64,000 bases of DNA from Octopus sinensis (taxonomy: Eukaryota). Within the stretch, counting starts at the first letter, position 1. The number at the start of each line of letters is the position of its first letter. Shown here piece by piece: positions 27,988-41,507 of this stretch. The DNA lies in the NCBI RefSeq assembly GCF_006345805.1, contig NC_043005.1:11656001-11720000 (forward strand), in the 5' to 3' direction. The position numbers and the translations under genes are program-made. Below the pieces are notes generated by a model. It made no database searches. It saw only the letters and a program-made list of their open reading frames with translations, and had not been told where the DNA came from.

Positions 27988-28311
27988 GAGCACTCCGTCA
28001 GTTACGACGACGAGGGTCCCAGCTGATACGATCAACGGAACAGCTTGCTCGAGAAATTAACGTGCAAGTGGCTGAGCATTCCGCAGACACGTGTACCCTT
28101 AACGTAGTTCGCAAGGAGATTCAGCGTGACACAGTGTGACAAGGTTGGCCCTTTTTTGAAGTACAGGTACTACTCATTTTTGCCAGCTGAGTGGACCGGA
28201 GCAACGTGAAATAAGTGTCTTGTTCAAGGACACAACGCGTTACTACTGGGAATCGAACTCACAACCTTACGATCATGAGCCGAACGCTCTAACCACTAAG
28301 CCACGCGCTCT
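27988..28311 (-). mobile_element. SINE family B (CORE-like middle, tail X)
   Basis: Reverse complement matches 6787-7106 end to end. Confidence 0.9.
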
Positions 28312-28880
28312 CACGTTCGGGAAGAAATGGACTGGCGTAGTAATTAGTGGATGAGAATTTGCAAAGGAATTCGGACACAATAAAGATGAAAGAAGGAAAG
28401 ACGATTGGTTTTGGAATGCTTGAGGGGCGGTGATATACGCTAAGACAACTCTGAGGAGCAGAGGGCACATATATTAATTGTATTTGTAGTAGAAAAGAGA
28501 TAGTGCATCTATGGGTCAGTGATAAAAACATGGTTATGGATGACTTTATATCAACCTGTCGGGTGACCCTTTTCTTGATACGGTCTAGAATGTCTGAGCT
28601 AGTAGCAGCACCATCCTAGATATGAGAGCAATACTCCATTTTGGGTCTCTCATGAGTATAGAACAATTATGTTGAATAAGGAAATATATGTTGAGTATAG
28701 GATACGCCCTGTGAATAGGATACTTATGTTGATTACTTTGTGTTTGAGAGATCCAAGTTGAGTATTGGATATATTGTGAACATATATAATTGTAGGCCAA
28801 TGCTTATTGGACACGAGATTAAAATAATCCTGATTTTTAAACCATGATATTACATTATGTTATATAGTGTGTTGCAGATG

Positions 28881-29110
28881 GGCGGCGAGCTGGCAGAAAC
28901 GTTAGAACGCCGAGCGAAATGCTTCGTGGTATTTCGTCTGCCGCTACATTCTGAGTTCAAATTCCGTCGAGGTCGACTTTGCTTTTCATCCTTTCGGGGT
29001 CGATAAATTAAGTACCAGTTTCGCACTGGGGTCGATGTAATCGGCTTAATCCCTTTGTCTGTCCTTGTTTGTCCCCTCTACGTTTAGCCCCTTGTGGGCA
29101 GTAAAGAAAT
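28881..29110 (+). mobile_element. SINE family A, full length
   Basis: Near-identical to 19534-19765. Confidence 0.95.
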
Positions 29111-31579
29111 ATATATAGTGTGTTACAGATGGGATATCGCAGATATAGGGAGATCATCCGGTTTACATTTGCATATCACAACTGTCAATAAATATGCGTG
29201 CTGTCCATATTCCCCAAACTGGAGAGTGCTAAAAAGGGATCAAACTCAATTAGGGAATGCTAAATTTTTCTTTGGAATTTATATTTTTTCTGTTGGACTA
29301 AAACAAGTGTGTTACTTACCTTATGCATGGGATGATATGTTAGCAAGGCCATTGAAATGCTAGAAATCACTAACGTGCCTGTTCTCATTTTTTTTTTGTG
29401 ATTTGAGGGAAGATTTGGCTTCCGACTTTTGTTTTTAATGATACTCACTTTATTTCATTCATGCTGCAACATAAGAAAACAGCATCCACAACATACACTC
29501 ACATTTCCATTCTCATATAAATCTCTAGTCTATTATATTGTAAGTTGCTTATTATAGAATAAAAAGAAACTCCATGATTTGATTTCTCTCCCTAAAGAGG
29601 AATGGAACAGTTAGGTAAAGATAATGTTTTTTAGCGCTGGGTCATGCTTCGTTGAGTAAACCCATTATCAAAGAGTATCGATCTGTGACCATCACATTTT
29701 TGAAAGTTTAACTGGACCTTTTTTTTTTTCTGCTGTGTTCTTCGTTTTCAAAGATGTTGCTACAGGATTCAAAAGAGATACGGTTGTCAATTCCGAACGG
29801 ATGAGCAACCAATTAGAGATGGTTAATGGGGGTTATGCTGACCTGTAAATTTTAAGGTTTATGGGCGCGAGAAAATCAAAGCAAAGTTCTTGTGGGTTTA
29901 GGTTCAAAAGGGACGGATTGGATAGTGCTAAATGAGACATCCAGGGGATGGACAGTGAAGAAATAATTACATAAGTGGAGATAGAGATGATAAATGTCCT
30001 TTATAGATTGGCAATTATCAAGATTACAAGAAGTCATGAATACCGAAGACAAAGAAAGAGAACAATTCACTGGTGCAAGAATGTCTAGGGACTGAATAAA
30101 TGGTATATGTGTTGGCAACATGAAAAAGCACCAGAGATAGCAAGCCATGAACTGGTGTATGTAGCTATTCGAACATTCTGTTCTGTTATTAATGGTGTGG
30201 GTATGGCTGCGAATGTTGCTATTTAGACTCAACTAAGTTCCGTTTAAATAGACTTATGATCAAATATATTCCAGTTGCAATTATCTCCTCTGTCCGTGCA
30301 GTACTGCATAATATGGATTGATAATTCACCATGATTTTGTTAATTGTTTTAGGTGCCTATCTAGTCATGAGCAAATACACACCCTCGTGTCCCGCCACTT
30401 GAACTAGAGACATATCTACGATGAGGCAGAAGGAGGAAGGGGATATTCTATCAGCGTTCAGGTATTCTCATTTACTCACCCGCAAACTGGAGCAATATGA
30501 AAAAAAGAAACACCTTCACCAAAGGCGCAACGCGCCACTCTGTCAGGAATTGAGTACGTGACCTTATAATCGGGAGCAGGACATTTTCCTTTCCATGACC
30601 GTAGCGTGTTAATTTTCATGGAAACGTCTCTACTATTTCGAACAGATCGAACAGATATTTAGGTTATTAAGCTTTTTCCAAATAACATTCAACACACATG
30701 CATCTCTCAAAATCTCCAATATTTATATCAATTAAACTCCAATATTTATATCAGTGTTTGTATCTCGAGTTAAGAAGCGAATGTGTATTTTCAGTTTAAG
30801 CATTCTACTTAGTGTCCACTAATGACCTAGAATAATCCATAAAAGTTACACTCTCTTATTTTCCAATCGTGTGAATATTTGTATTTTTAGTTAATTAAAA
30901 AGTCGGTTATAGAAACGAGTCAGGCCTTGGCTTGCAGTTGGAGTGCGGTTCCAGAATATAGGTGCTTCTAGACAACCTCCGGTCTTTGCATTTTTCCCAA
31001 TCTTAATATCTTGCACAAAAAACGGCCTCGTGCCTGTATAAGAAATCAATAACAGAAATAAGTTCAATTCTGCAATATACATCGTATTATAGTATATCTA
31101 GTAGATTTCAGTTAATCGATATGTCATTGAACGTCTCCCATTCAAACTGTAACAAACAAATGTTATTGTTAAACAAGTCATTATTCATTGAACTTTTAAC
31201 CTCATCTTCAACGTTTTTGTTTGCTTTTATTACCGTTAACACAAAGAAGTCGAGAGAGAGAGAGAGAGAGAGACAAACAGACAGAGACAGAGACAGAGAG
31301 AAAGTGAGGTGGGAAGAGTAACAGCAGATCGACTTGCTGCACGGCGTGTAGTATTTAGTTTCTTCATTCAACTTTCCATGTTCAAATCCAAATCAGGTTC
31401 GATCTTGACTTGCATCCCTTGCTGGTCGATACAATAAGTACCAGCCACATTCTGGCATCGATTCAAAGAGAGTTTCCAACAAGTGTAGGCAATTTTCAAC
31501 TAACCAATATCAAAAATCATTATTACCAACACCACTTTCCATCGACAAAATTTCATTTGACGTCATCAGCGACAGCCTT

Positions 31580-32135
31580 TGATTTCTTCTTCTTCTTCTT
31601 CTTCTTCTTCTTCTTCTTCTTCTTCTTCTTCTTCTTCTTCTTCATCTCCTTCTTCTTCTTCTTTTTCTTTTACCTTTCTTCTTCGTCTTCTTCCATTTCT
31701 TCTTCCACTTCTTTTTCTTTTTTCTTCTTCTTCTTCTTCTTCTTCTTCATCATCATCACTTCGTCTTCATCCCCTTCTCCATCCCCTTCTTCTTCTTCCC
31801 GTTCTACTTCCTCCTATTCTTCTTCTTCTTCTGTTACTCCTTCCTCTTTTTCTTTTCTTTCTTTCCTTCTTCCTCCTCCTCTTCTTCTTCCTCTCCTTCT
31901 TTTATTTTTCTTTTACTTATTCCATTTCTTCTTTTACTATTTTTCCTCTTCTTTTAGTTCTTCCTTTTCTTTTTCTTCTTTTTCTTCTTCCTCTCTTTCT
32001 GTCTCCTCAACTTCTTCCTATTCTTTGCTTTCTTCCTCTTCTTTTACTTCTTCCTCTTTTAATTCTTCTTCTTCTTCTTCTTCTTCTTCTTCTTCTTCTT
32101 CTTCTTCTTCTTCTTCTTCTTCTTCTTCTTCTTCT
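31580..32135. repeat. (TTC)n/polypyrimidine tract, about 550 bp
   Basis: Directly visible. It produces the spurious poly-F/S/L/R ORFs. Confidence 0.97.
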
Positions 32136-32495
32136 CATACATTTTTTCTTCTTTTGCCTTCTATTTATTCTTTTTCTCTCCCGCAGATGATAAATTAGAC
32201 AAGAAAAGATGACATCTAAAGATAATCGGTGATAACATCCATCGAAATATTGCCCAAGTTGATGGAGACTGGAAATGTTAGTCAAAATATTTAAACCATA
32301 ACCATTTCAATTCACCCGTTTGCAACTATATAACATTAGTAGCTATTGCGCCACAAGGTAACCAGCAGGTCCACTGCTTTATTGTCGATGGTGAGGAGTT
32401 CAATCTTGATGTAAGACTTTGAACGGTAAAAAGCTTAATAATACCATTATAAACAGCAACAGCAACAACAACAACCACAGCAACAAAGTTCATTT

Positions 32496-32903
32496 TTCTC
32501 TTTTTCTCTTTTACTTGTTTCAGTCATTTGACTGCGGCCATGCTGGAGCACCACCTTTAGTCGAGCAAATCGACCCCGGGTCTTATCTTTGCAAGCCCCA
32601 GTACTTATTCTATCGGTCTCTTTTGCCGAACCGCTAAGTGACGGGGACGTAAACACACCAGCATCGGTTGTCAAGCAATGCTAGGGGGACAAACACAGAC
32701 ACACAAACATATACGCACACACTTATATATATATATATATACATATATACGACAGGCTTCTTTCAGTTTCCGTCTACCAAATCCACTCACAAGGCATTGG
32801 TCGGCCCGGGGCTATAGCAGAACACTCTTGCCCAAGATGCCACGCAGTGGGACTGAACCCGGAATCATGTGGTTGGTTATCAAGCTACTTACCACACAGC
32901 CAC
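32496..32903 (-). mobile_element. SINE family C
   Basis: Reverse complement near-identical to 47241-47658. Confidence 0.93.
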
Positions 32904-33478
32904 TATTAGTTCCCTCTGTTTATTTCGTCGAAACAGAGTTTAATGCCTGCAAGCTGTTTGTATTTTTTCATGTTTCATGCTATTTCTCTTAGAAAACCTC
33001 AAGCGGATATATCATTCCATTTTTGAAGTTTGGTAAATCAAAGTAACACGCAATAACACTGAATGTTTTGATATCCGAGAAGTGAGTAATTTTATGGAAT
33101 CATATGTAGCCAAACGGATGACGTCATACTTTTAGTAAAACCTCTAGTTGCCATCGTACAATCTATATACTCTAATTGCTAGTTTCAATTTATGACAGTA
33201 TTATTATTCTGATACCGTGTATTTTAGTGATCTTTAAACTTCCATAAATGTCGGTTACTAATGTTGGCATCATTGTGTGATGGGTCATCTTTTAAAGCTG
33301 TAAATGTCACTAAAATATTAATCACAGTGTTGAGAGATTAAATAGATTCTTATCGAATGAAAATTAATATAGTTTATAGACGGAGTGCTTAATAATCCTT
33401 CAGGCATAATGTTTAATGACATAAAGGCCATTTCTCAAGAGGAAATTTATCTAACCCAAAATCTAAGTGTAGACTCAC

Positions 33479-33576
33479 CGCTAACTGCGGCGATAGTGCG
33501 TTGGCTCTCTTGTATTGAGATGCGGTGCTACATTGGCATTGTACTGGTGTTATGCTGATATTACTTCTTTAAGTGC
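33479..33576 (-). other. Candidate 98-nt non-coding or terminal exon
   Basis: Bounded by acceptor ttatttgcag|G and donor CG|gtgagt inside a repeat-free block. All three frames stop within it. Confidence 0.25.
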
Positions 33577-36343
33577 CTGCAAATAAGATGAATTTCATTA
33601 CAGTCACGCTACAAATATCTGGCCCCATTAGCTTCAATAGATCTTTAATTTCATAGTCTGTCTCAACCAATGACTTCAAAATAGTTGAGTAGTTTTCGTG
33701 CTCTATTAGGGAGCGGAAGTGTCCAAAATACGGTCTAGTATTGAACCCGATGGTAGTGGCCAGTAAAATCTACCCGGCGTCGAACAACAATAGTTGAGAT
33801 AGGAGAAACCTATCCATAAATCTCCTCTTTGGTTTTCTGCTCAAGCCACAAGAGCCCAAATTAAAAGCCAAAGCCAAGACTATGAAGAAGGAGTTTCAAT
33901 ATCACCTTGAAGGTTTAGTATTACATTGAACTTGTTTCGGCATTTAGTCTCTCATGCATTGATGGAAAACGCATATCGGTGTTCTATTACAACTGCCTAT
34001 AAATAATCACTGCAGGCTACGTTTCAGTTGTATATATATTTCTTATCAGAGATAAGTTGAGATATCTGAAATAATAACTGAATTAATTTGGTCAAATCAT
34101 AAGTTAGAAGGTAATGATCTACCGCAATTTCAATTATCTATCTACTTATTTATCTTTTTATCTATTCATTTATTCCTTTACAGTAAATGAAGCTTTCTTT
34201 GAGAGCTCAATACATTATTCTATTTTCTCTTCATTAATCATTTTATTTCTTTTATATCCGAAATGTTTTTGAAAACGACTAAGGTTAAGGACATTACCGT
34301 TTTTGATTGTTAACGCACAATTTCAATGCTTCTATATTTGTATTCAGCTGTTTGTGTAAATCACCTTTGATGTATTGTCTTCTTACTTAATCAAAAGTTT
34401 ATGATAATGAAATATACACAATTTGTATGAGGTATCTATTATGCTAATCTATGTTTGTGTTGTGCAATATCATTCGCAATCAAATGAAATACTTATTAAA
34501 CAATATAAACTTTCTCCCAGTTTTATACAACCAAGATAGACACATGATATTTTAACGTATTTCTTAGTAATGTTACACATAATATGCGCGGTATATCAAT
34601 ATGAGATGTAAGGTTATGGAATACTAGATAACCAGAAGATTGACACTGCACTCAAGTAGACCTTGAGTTGCTAATGTTGGATCTATATGTTAACAATCTG
34701 TCAATTTATAAGCAGAGGAAAGTATATGAATGTTGAATGTTTCGTGATTTTTTATAAAACCAAAATTCAGCCATTGCTGAGAAAATTTATTTCAACTTAG
34801 CACTTTACCATTATTATCTGATAACGTTTACAGAACATTATTTTACTTAATCCTGTAAGTCGGATGAATGCCTAACAATAGAGAATTCCTCGTGTCAGCC
34901 CAATTGGTTATAAAGGTCTTTTGTAGTTTCCTAAAAGTGGAATTGAAATCACATGCTTCGAGAATATCCTTGTATAGTGACGTTCTGATCTAGCAAGCAT
35001 GTCAGCATACTAACGTATTTCTTAGCCGAATTATTTAAACAATGTTCATTCCAAACCGATTTCAGCTGAAACAACTCCAAAAGCCCGGATAATTGTTAGA
35101 TTTCACGAGTTACTACCACGGTAGAGCAGAATTAAAAGAAAGGAAAATACAAGAAAATGGCATAAAAAAGTAGAAATAGTAAACATCTGGTATTGGGTGG
35201 CAGTAGAAGGAAAATAAAGGATGATAACCTTCGGTAAACCTACTCACAATTATTTGAAATCTTCCACACATTCAGTCGAAAGTTGTTACTGATCTCCTTG
35301 ATTTGGTTAAATAGTGTGTAAGATAATAACACGAACAGATGTAGGGGAAATAGCTGAGATATTTCCAAACAAAACGCCGCTTTAATTCTTTTATTTAGAA
35401 GATTTAATTAACATAAAAAGTCACCTGATTCCAGTTAAATAATATTTCACACAATAAGAACAAGACTATTTTGTTTTGCTTATTTTACCTACTTTCTTAA
35501 GCTGATATATGTATGATACTGGAACGACATTTAGGGGCTGAATAGCAAACACATTAATACCCGGCTTTTAGAAGGTGGCGGTTTAGAAAGACGTTTAACA
35601 TAGCAGAAATAGATATCTGAATCAGTAGTAAGATTTTGAAAAGAGAAAATTAGAAAATGGATAGATATATATGTTATCAGAAAGCAGTTTTTCAGAAAAA
35701 TTTTTTTTTTCTATGATATTGATTTCCTTCGTTGCTATATGAATACATTTTTATGAGATTATGTGATATCAAGCTTCTTTGCGTTCATTTATGACATAAA
35801 TTAATTCAAATTTCTCGTACGATGAATTGAAATCTTTTTAACAACTCATTTACATCTATGAAAATCGTCTGATATTTTCCATAATATTCGCTGTTGGTTC
35901 TCTTGCATTGAATTTTGCTTATGGCACTGTTCGCCACTTCTATTTATTTGTTTGTTTGTTTTCAAAGTTATTCAGACAAGTGGGAAATTCAGGGGTATTT
36001 TCAGATTAGTAGAGGCTTGTGAGTAAGAGGTCACTTTATTATATATTGTTGCATTAAGGAGCAGCCCCCTAATTATTCGCCCTCAGGCCGGTGATATGAT
36101 CAAAGAACAGACACTAGGAGAAACACAGAAACACATGAGGTGATTTTAAACCGGGCCTCAGACTACACACACACACACACACACGCACACACACGCGCAC
36201 ACAACACACACATACACGCACACACATACACACACGCACACACACGCGCACACACACGCACGCACACACACATCACACCGTCAAGCTGACTGATATTCAC
36301 AACCTTTCCGTTTACACAATTTCACTGACAAGACTTCGATTGT

Positions 36344-37062
36344 ACAGTTCTATATTTGAGAGATGAGGAATTATGTACATTATTTACATTATTTATATTT
36401 GACGGATATTTGTCCTCATCTTATTTCTTGTTAACACAAAGTTTCGGCTGATGTACTCTCCAGCCTTCACCAGTTGTTCTGGGGCAATTTAGAACCTAAG
36501 TTCTCATTCCTAAAGTATTTTCCCGATGTTATTGTTGTTATTATTGAGTGAGAGAGCAGTGCATGCCATCAAAGTGAAACTGGGGTAAAATATACGAAGC
36601 CCAGTATACCCATCATGACTACCCGTTTGATAAGGGTACACCAGGTACATGCATCACAACCATAGTGCGCGACATGGTGATCTCATATCAAGATAAACAG
36701 CACATGACCTTGCAGGTGGGGGCCCAGTTAGAATTTTCTTCAGGTTGAGTAACCCATCCCGCTCAAAAGGTCCCTGAATAAGGGTTATTTAAGGATGTTT
36801 AACAAAACACCCATGTTTCCAGAGGTGAATTATTCAAACCCCCAAAGAATCCCTCTCAATACATGGCTATCATGTTCGCCCACTACTTCTGCTCGTATTT
36901 AGAAATGCACATATCGGCAGTCACTAAGGGACATGCTCAACTTGTTATGGTCAAACAACTGACAAGCAAATCTGTGGTATTGAGTAGAATATTTGCTGTA
37001 GCCCATCTTTTCAACCAAGACAAAACAATGTACATGATAACACTTTATTATTATTATTATTA

Positions 37063-37103
<41 letters not shown>

Positions 37104-37180
37104 TCACTGCTTGGAATCGAACTCGGAATCTTGGGGTTAGTAGCCCGCGCTCTTAACCACTGCGCCGTATACCCGTGGGC
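36344..37180 (-). mobile_element. tRNA-headed, hammerhead-tailed SINE family E (copy E1), split by a 500-bp insert
   Basis: Head ggcgcagtggttaagagcgcgggctactaaccccaagattccgagttcgattcc, then (TAA)n, then tail with degenerate HHR CTGGTGA-A-GGCTG..CAGCC-GAAAC. Confidence 0.85.
36546..37044 (-). mobile_element. Unclassified 500-bp insertion in the TAA tract of E1
   Basis: Higher-GC block flanked on both sides by TTA repeats, separating the E1 head from its tail. Orientation is inferred. Confidence 0.6.
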
Positions 37181-37246
37181 TTGGATTTCCCGTGGTCTTG
37201 GATTGACTCGTAACTATTTTTGCAAGACTGTAAAACTATGATACAT

Positions 37247-37665
37247 AGGCGCAGGAGTGGCTGTGTGGTAAGTAGCTTGCTTACCAACCACATGGTTCCG
37301 GGTTCAGTCCCACTGCGTGGCACCTTGGGCAAGTGTCTTCTACTATAGCCTCGGGCCAACCAAAGCCTTGTGAGTGGATTTGGTAGACGGAAACTGAAAG
37401 AAGCCCGTCGTATATATGTATATATGTATGTGCGTGTATGTTTGTGTGTCTGTGTTTGTCCCCCCGACATCGCTTGACAACCGATGCTGGTGTGTTTACG
37501 TCCCCGTCACTTAGCGGTTCGGCAAAAGAAGCTGATAGAATAAGTACTGGGCTTACAAAGAATAAGTCCCGGGGTCGAGTTGCTCGACTAAAGGCAGTGC
37601 TCCAGCATGGCCGCAGTCAAATGACTGAAACAAGTAAAAGAGTAAAGAGTAAAAGAGTAGAGAGT
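37247..37665 (+). mobile_element. SINE family C, full length
   Basis: aggcgcaggagtggctgtgtggtaag..gggttcagtccc..ccttgggcaagtg; 3' (aaagagt)n repeats. Confidence 0.95.
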
Positions 37666-38299
37666 GGAATCAAACATTCTCCGTTTATTACGAAATTAAC
37701 TTCTCAACCACACAGCTACAGTGATATCTCCCGGGCGTGTCTATATTTTCACCACTTATGCAAAACTAATGTAGTGAAGCACAGGAAATAAAAACCAAGA
37801 TTTTACAAGAAACTGTCCAATAAATTTAATAGTGACAATGTAACTTACTTATGATAAGCATCTGTAATTCACATGAAATATATCTTTTACAATGAATAAC
37901 CCAATAATTTTATCGTATAAGCATGAGAACGGCTCCAAACACCCGTACATACAAAACCATGATTATAATATAAAACTGAAAGAAAAAAAAAACCTTCATA
38001 GATGTATATATTATACATGATGAAAACGTTATCTTATATAGAACTCAATATAGTGCTAGAGTGGAAAGATACGTCAATTACATTAAAAAAAATGACTGTC
38101 TCCTCCACTGTTGATTAGTGGCAAATCGCGGCTGTCCGATTTTGACCATGCGAACCCGAAGTATACAGATGTTTTGATGCAATTGATGCACACGCAAACA
38201 CACACATACACACGCTCACACACACACACACTCACATACAAACACACTCATACTCATATATATGTTTGTATTTGAATTTATGTACACGCATACTTATAT

Positions 38300-38708
38300 A
38301 GGCGCAGGAGTGGCTGTGTGGTAAGTAGCTTGTTTACCAACCACATGGTTCTGGGTTCAGTCCCACTGCGTGGCACCTTGGGCAAGTGTCTTCTACTATA
38401 GCCTCGGGCCGACCAAAGCCTTGTGAGTGGATTTGGTAGACGGAAACTGAAAAGAAGCCCGTCGTATATATGTATGTATATATATGCATGTGTGTGTTTG
38501 TGTGTCTGTGTTTGTTCCCCTAGCATTGCTTGACAACCGATGCTGGTGTGTTTATGTCCCCGTTACTTACCGGTTCGGCAAAAGAGACCGATAGAATAAG
38601 TACTGGGCTTACAAAAAGAATAAGTCCCGGGGTCGAGTTGCTGATTAAAGGCGGTGCTCCAGCATGGCCGCAGTCAAATGACTGAAACAAGTAAAAGAGT
38701 AAAAGAGT
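38300..38708 (+). mobile_element. SINE family C, full length
   Basis: Near-identical to 37247-37665. Confidence 0.95.
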
Positions 38709-38902
38709 ATATATCTATATGTAGGAAAACATTTCATAAAAACAAGATGCACGATTTACCATTGTGCAGAATCTGCAGTGGGTGTTCCTCGGTGCAATTG
38801 AATTCTGAACCACAAGAAATGATATAAACTGTATCTTACGTCTATCATACTTTTACGCACATTTGCTCAGCATATAATAACCAGATAATACAGTTAGATA
38901 CA

Positions 38903-39538
38903 TTAATAAGTCTCCGAACGAGATGTAAACGGTAACCGCTCGACAACGTAAAGTGTACTAGCCATCTGAATGTGGCTAGCCACTGGGGGTGGGTGTTACT
39001 GAAGCTTATAGCTCCAGGAGATCATCGTCTCCAGCTGGCTTTAGACCCACTTTCTGTGCCCTTCTGATATTCGCAAAGGGAGGTCAACCCCTCTCGAAAA
39101 CCTAAGATCTCCTGGGGCTATAAGCTTCAGTAACACCCACCCTCAGTGGCTAGCCACATTCAGATGGCTAGTACACTTTACGTTGTCGAGCGGTTACTGT
39201 TTACATCTCGTTCAGAGATTTATTAATGCTTTCAGACAGTTTTTCTGAATCAGTGACAGTGGTTGCTGGGAAAAACATTAAATAGATATTCTCAAACAGG
39301 TCTCTCCAATTGAAAATCGGTGTTTACCGTACGTTGACAAGAGGCAAATACCTCAAAACTATAGTCCGTATGTATCACTTAGGTTTTCGAGAGGGGATGA
39401 CCTCTCTTTGCGAATATCAGAAGGGCACAGAATGTGTGTCTAAAGCCAGCTGGAGACGATGATCTCCTGGGGCTATAAGCTTCAGTAACACCCCCCCCCC
39501 CAGTGGCTAGCCACATTCAGATGGCTAGTACACTTTAC
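38903..39538. mobile_element. 636-bp composite inverted/direct-repeat insertion with 13-bp TSD (PLE-like architecture)
   Basis: ACAGTTAGATACA at 38890-38902 and 39539-39551. About 123-bp inverted arms at 38901-39023 and 39106-39228; 39378-39538 is the reverse complement of 38948-39106. Confidence 0.8.
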
Positions 39539-39732
39539 ACAGTTAGATACAGTAAGAACCAAAAAACTATCCTGGAAGTAGACTGGGGGAAGATGCTCTA
39601 TGTGGAGCGCAAAAGTCACTAGCAGCAGTCGTACACCTAATTATACTCAATATAAACGTGTATGTGTGTGTATATTTATGTATGTATCTATGCATCTATC
39701 CATATGCATGCACACGCACACACATCAATATA

Positions 39733-40131
39733 TCTTTATATATAAAAGAGAAGTTGTGTGTCTGTCTCCTACGATTTAGATTCCTAACTACTTCCACATT
39801 TTGCGGTGCAGTTTAACCAAAACCCGGTATCTTATAGTCGTGATTCATATCGAGCCCCTCTGAGTATTAGTGCGCGTCTACGATGAGTCTACGATTAAAA
39901 AAAAAATTTACCATCATTTTTTTCCATTTTAATGCATTTTTTCCGCTATTATATAGGGGAAGTAACTCTCTAAAAATGTCTACGATGAGTCAACGATTTA
40001 AAAAAAATTTACCATAATTTTTTTTCCATTTTTAATGCATTTTTTTTGCTATTTTTCGTCTATAACTCTCTAAAAACGCTTATATAGTTATTTCCCTTAC
40101 AAACCCGAGCAACGCCGGGCGATACTGCTAG
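39733..40131 (+). mobile_element. Non-autonomous Helitron
   Basis: A^TCTTTATATATAAAAG..cccgagcaacgccgggcgatactgCTAG^T; same family as 17398-17791. Confidence 0.9.
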
Positions 40132-40492
40132 TAATTTATAAGAATCTTTTAGATTTTACTTTGTTTCATTAAAACTGCGAATGAGTGAGGCAATGGAACA
40201 ATTTTAAAAAATTATGGGATATTGCTGAAAGAAAATAAAATGGCGTTGGTCTTTTGAAAACCACTACTATCGGAGCTAGAAGCGATAGAAAACTTCTTGA
40301 TTTATCAAATAACGACTAAACGGAAGAAATTTAAGAAGACAAAAACAAAAACAAAAAAAAACAAAACAAAAAAAAAGCAAGTAGCAAGATATTTGCAGAT
40401 TCTGAAGTGATGTATTATTCCCCGTTCTCACTTTGGCTTCTTCTTTTGTCTGTCAGTCCCTCTCTGTTCCTCTCTCTCTCTCTCTCTCTTAC

Positions 40493-40562
<70 letters not shown>

Positions 40563-40612
40563 GTATATATGTATATGCATATGTAACCATGTCTTTAGCT
40601 GCATACATGTGC

Positions 40613-40651
<39 letters not shown>

Positions 40652-41050
40652 TGTGTTTAGCTTACCTTATAAATTGCACTACATATAACTATCGAGACAG
40701 AACTGCCCGCGGTTTCATTTTGTTCCAAAACAAATGCCCAGGAAGAAAATTCTTGTTACTACACAGATGATTGCAGATTACATGTTTGTTGGCTGCAATG
40801 GCCATAGATTACTGATAAACAGAAGAAGCCTGGAGTATATCATCTCAGTATATCTGTTCATAATATTTTATACGTGTTTCTCTAACAACGTCAGTATGGA
40901 AAATAAATTCTATGCAAGTCCCTTCGTCTAACGGAGAGACTTGCATAGAAATATTATGTATTTCATTTTACGTAATCATTTTGCAACCATAGCAGAAGCC
41001 TGTATTAATATGGTGTGAGTAAATAATTATACACACTATTCTCCAGTCTT

Positions 41051-41466
41051 ACAGTTCTATATTGAAGAGATGAGGAATTATGTACAATATTTGCATTATA
41101 TACATTTGACAGGTATTTGTCTTCATCTCGTTCGTTTCTAACACGTTTCGGCTCATATACTCTCCAGCCCCCATCAGGTATCTTGGGGGAAATTTCGAAC
41201 CTGTATTCACATTCCTAAGGTTTCTTTCGATGTTATTATTATTATTATTACTATTATTCAGTAGTTTTATTTTTATAGCGTGCTTTCACTTCACTACCGA
41301 GCACAGCTCTGTGTGCCTTGGGTATGTGCTGTGATTTGTTGTGATGCTCTGATGGTTATTGTATGGAAAGTGCTCTGCGTAGGATGTGTGCAGTGCCTAG
41401 TAGTGCAATTTTCTGTATGTTATATGTGTTTGTAAGTCCTGGTGTTTTGTTATGTATTTGTCTGAA

Positions 41467-41507
<41 letters not shown>

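Noticed and set aside
31410-32285. Longest ORFs (262, 203 and 92 aa)
   Set aside because: Translations of a (TTC)n tract; low-complexity poly-F/S/L/R with no domain.
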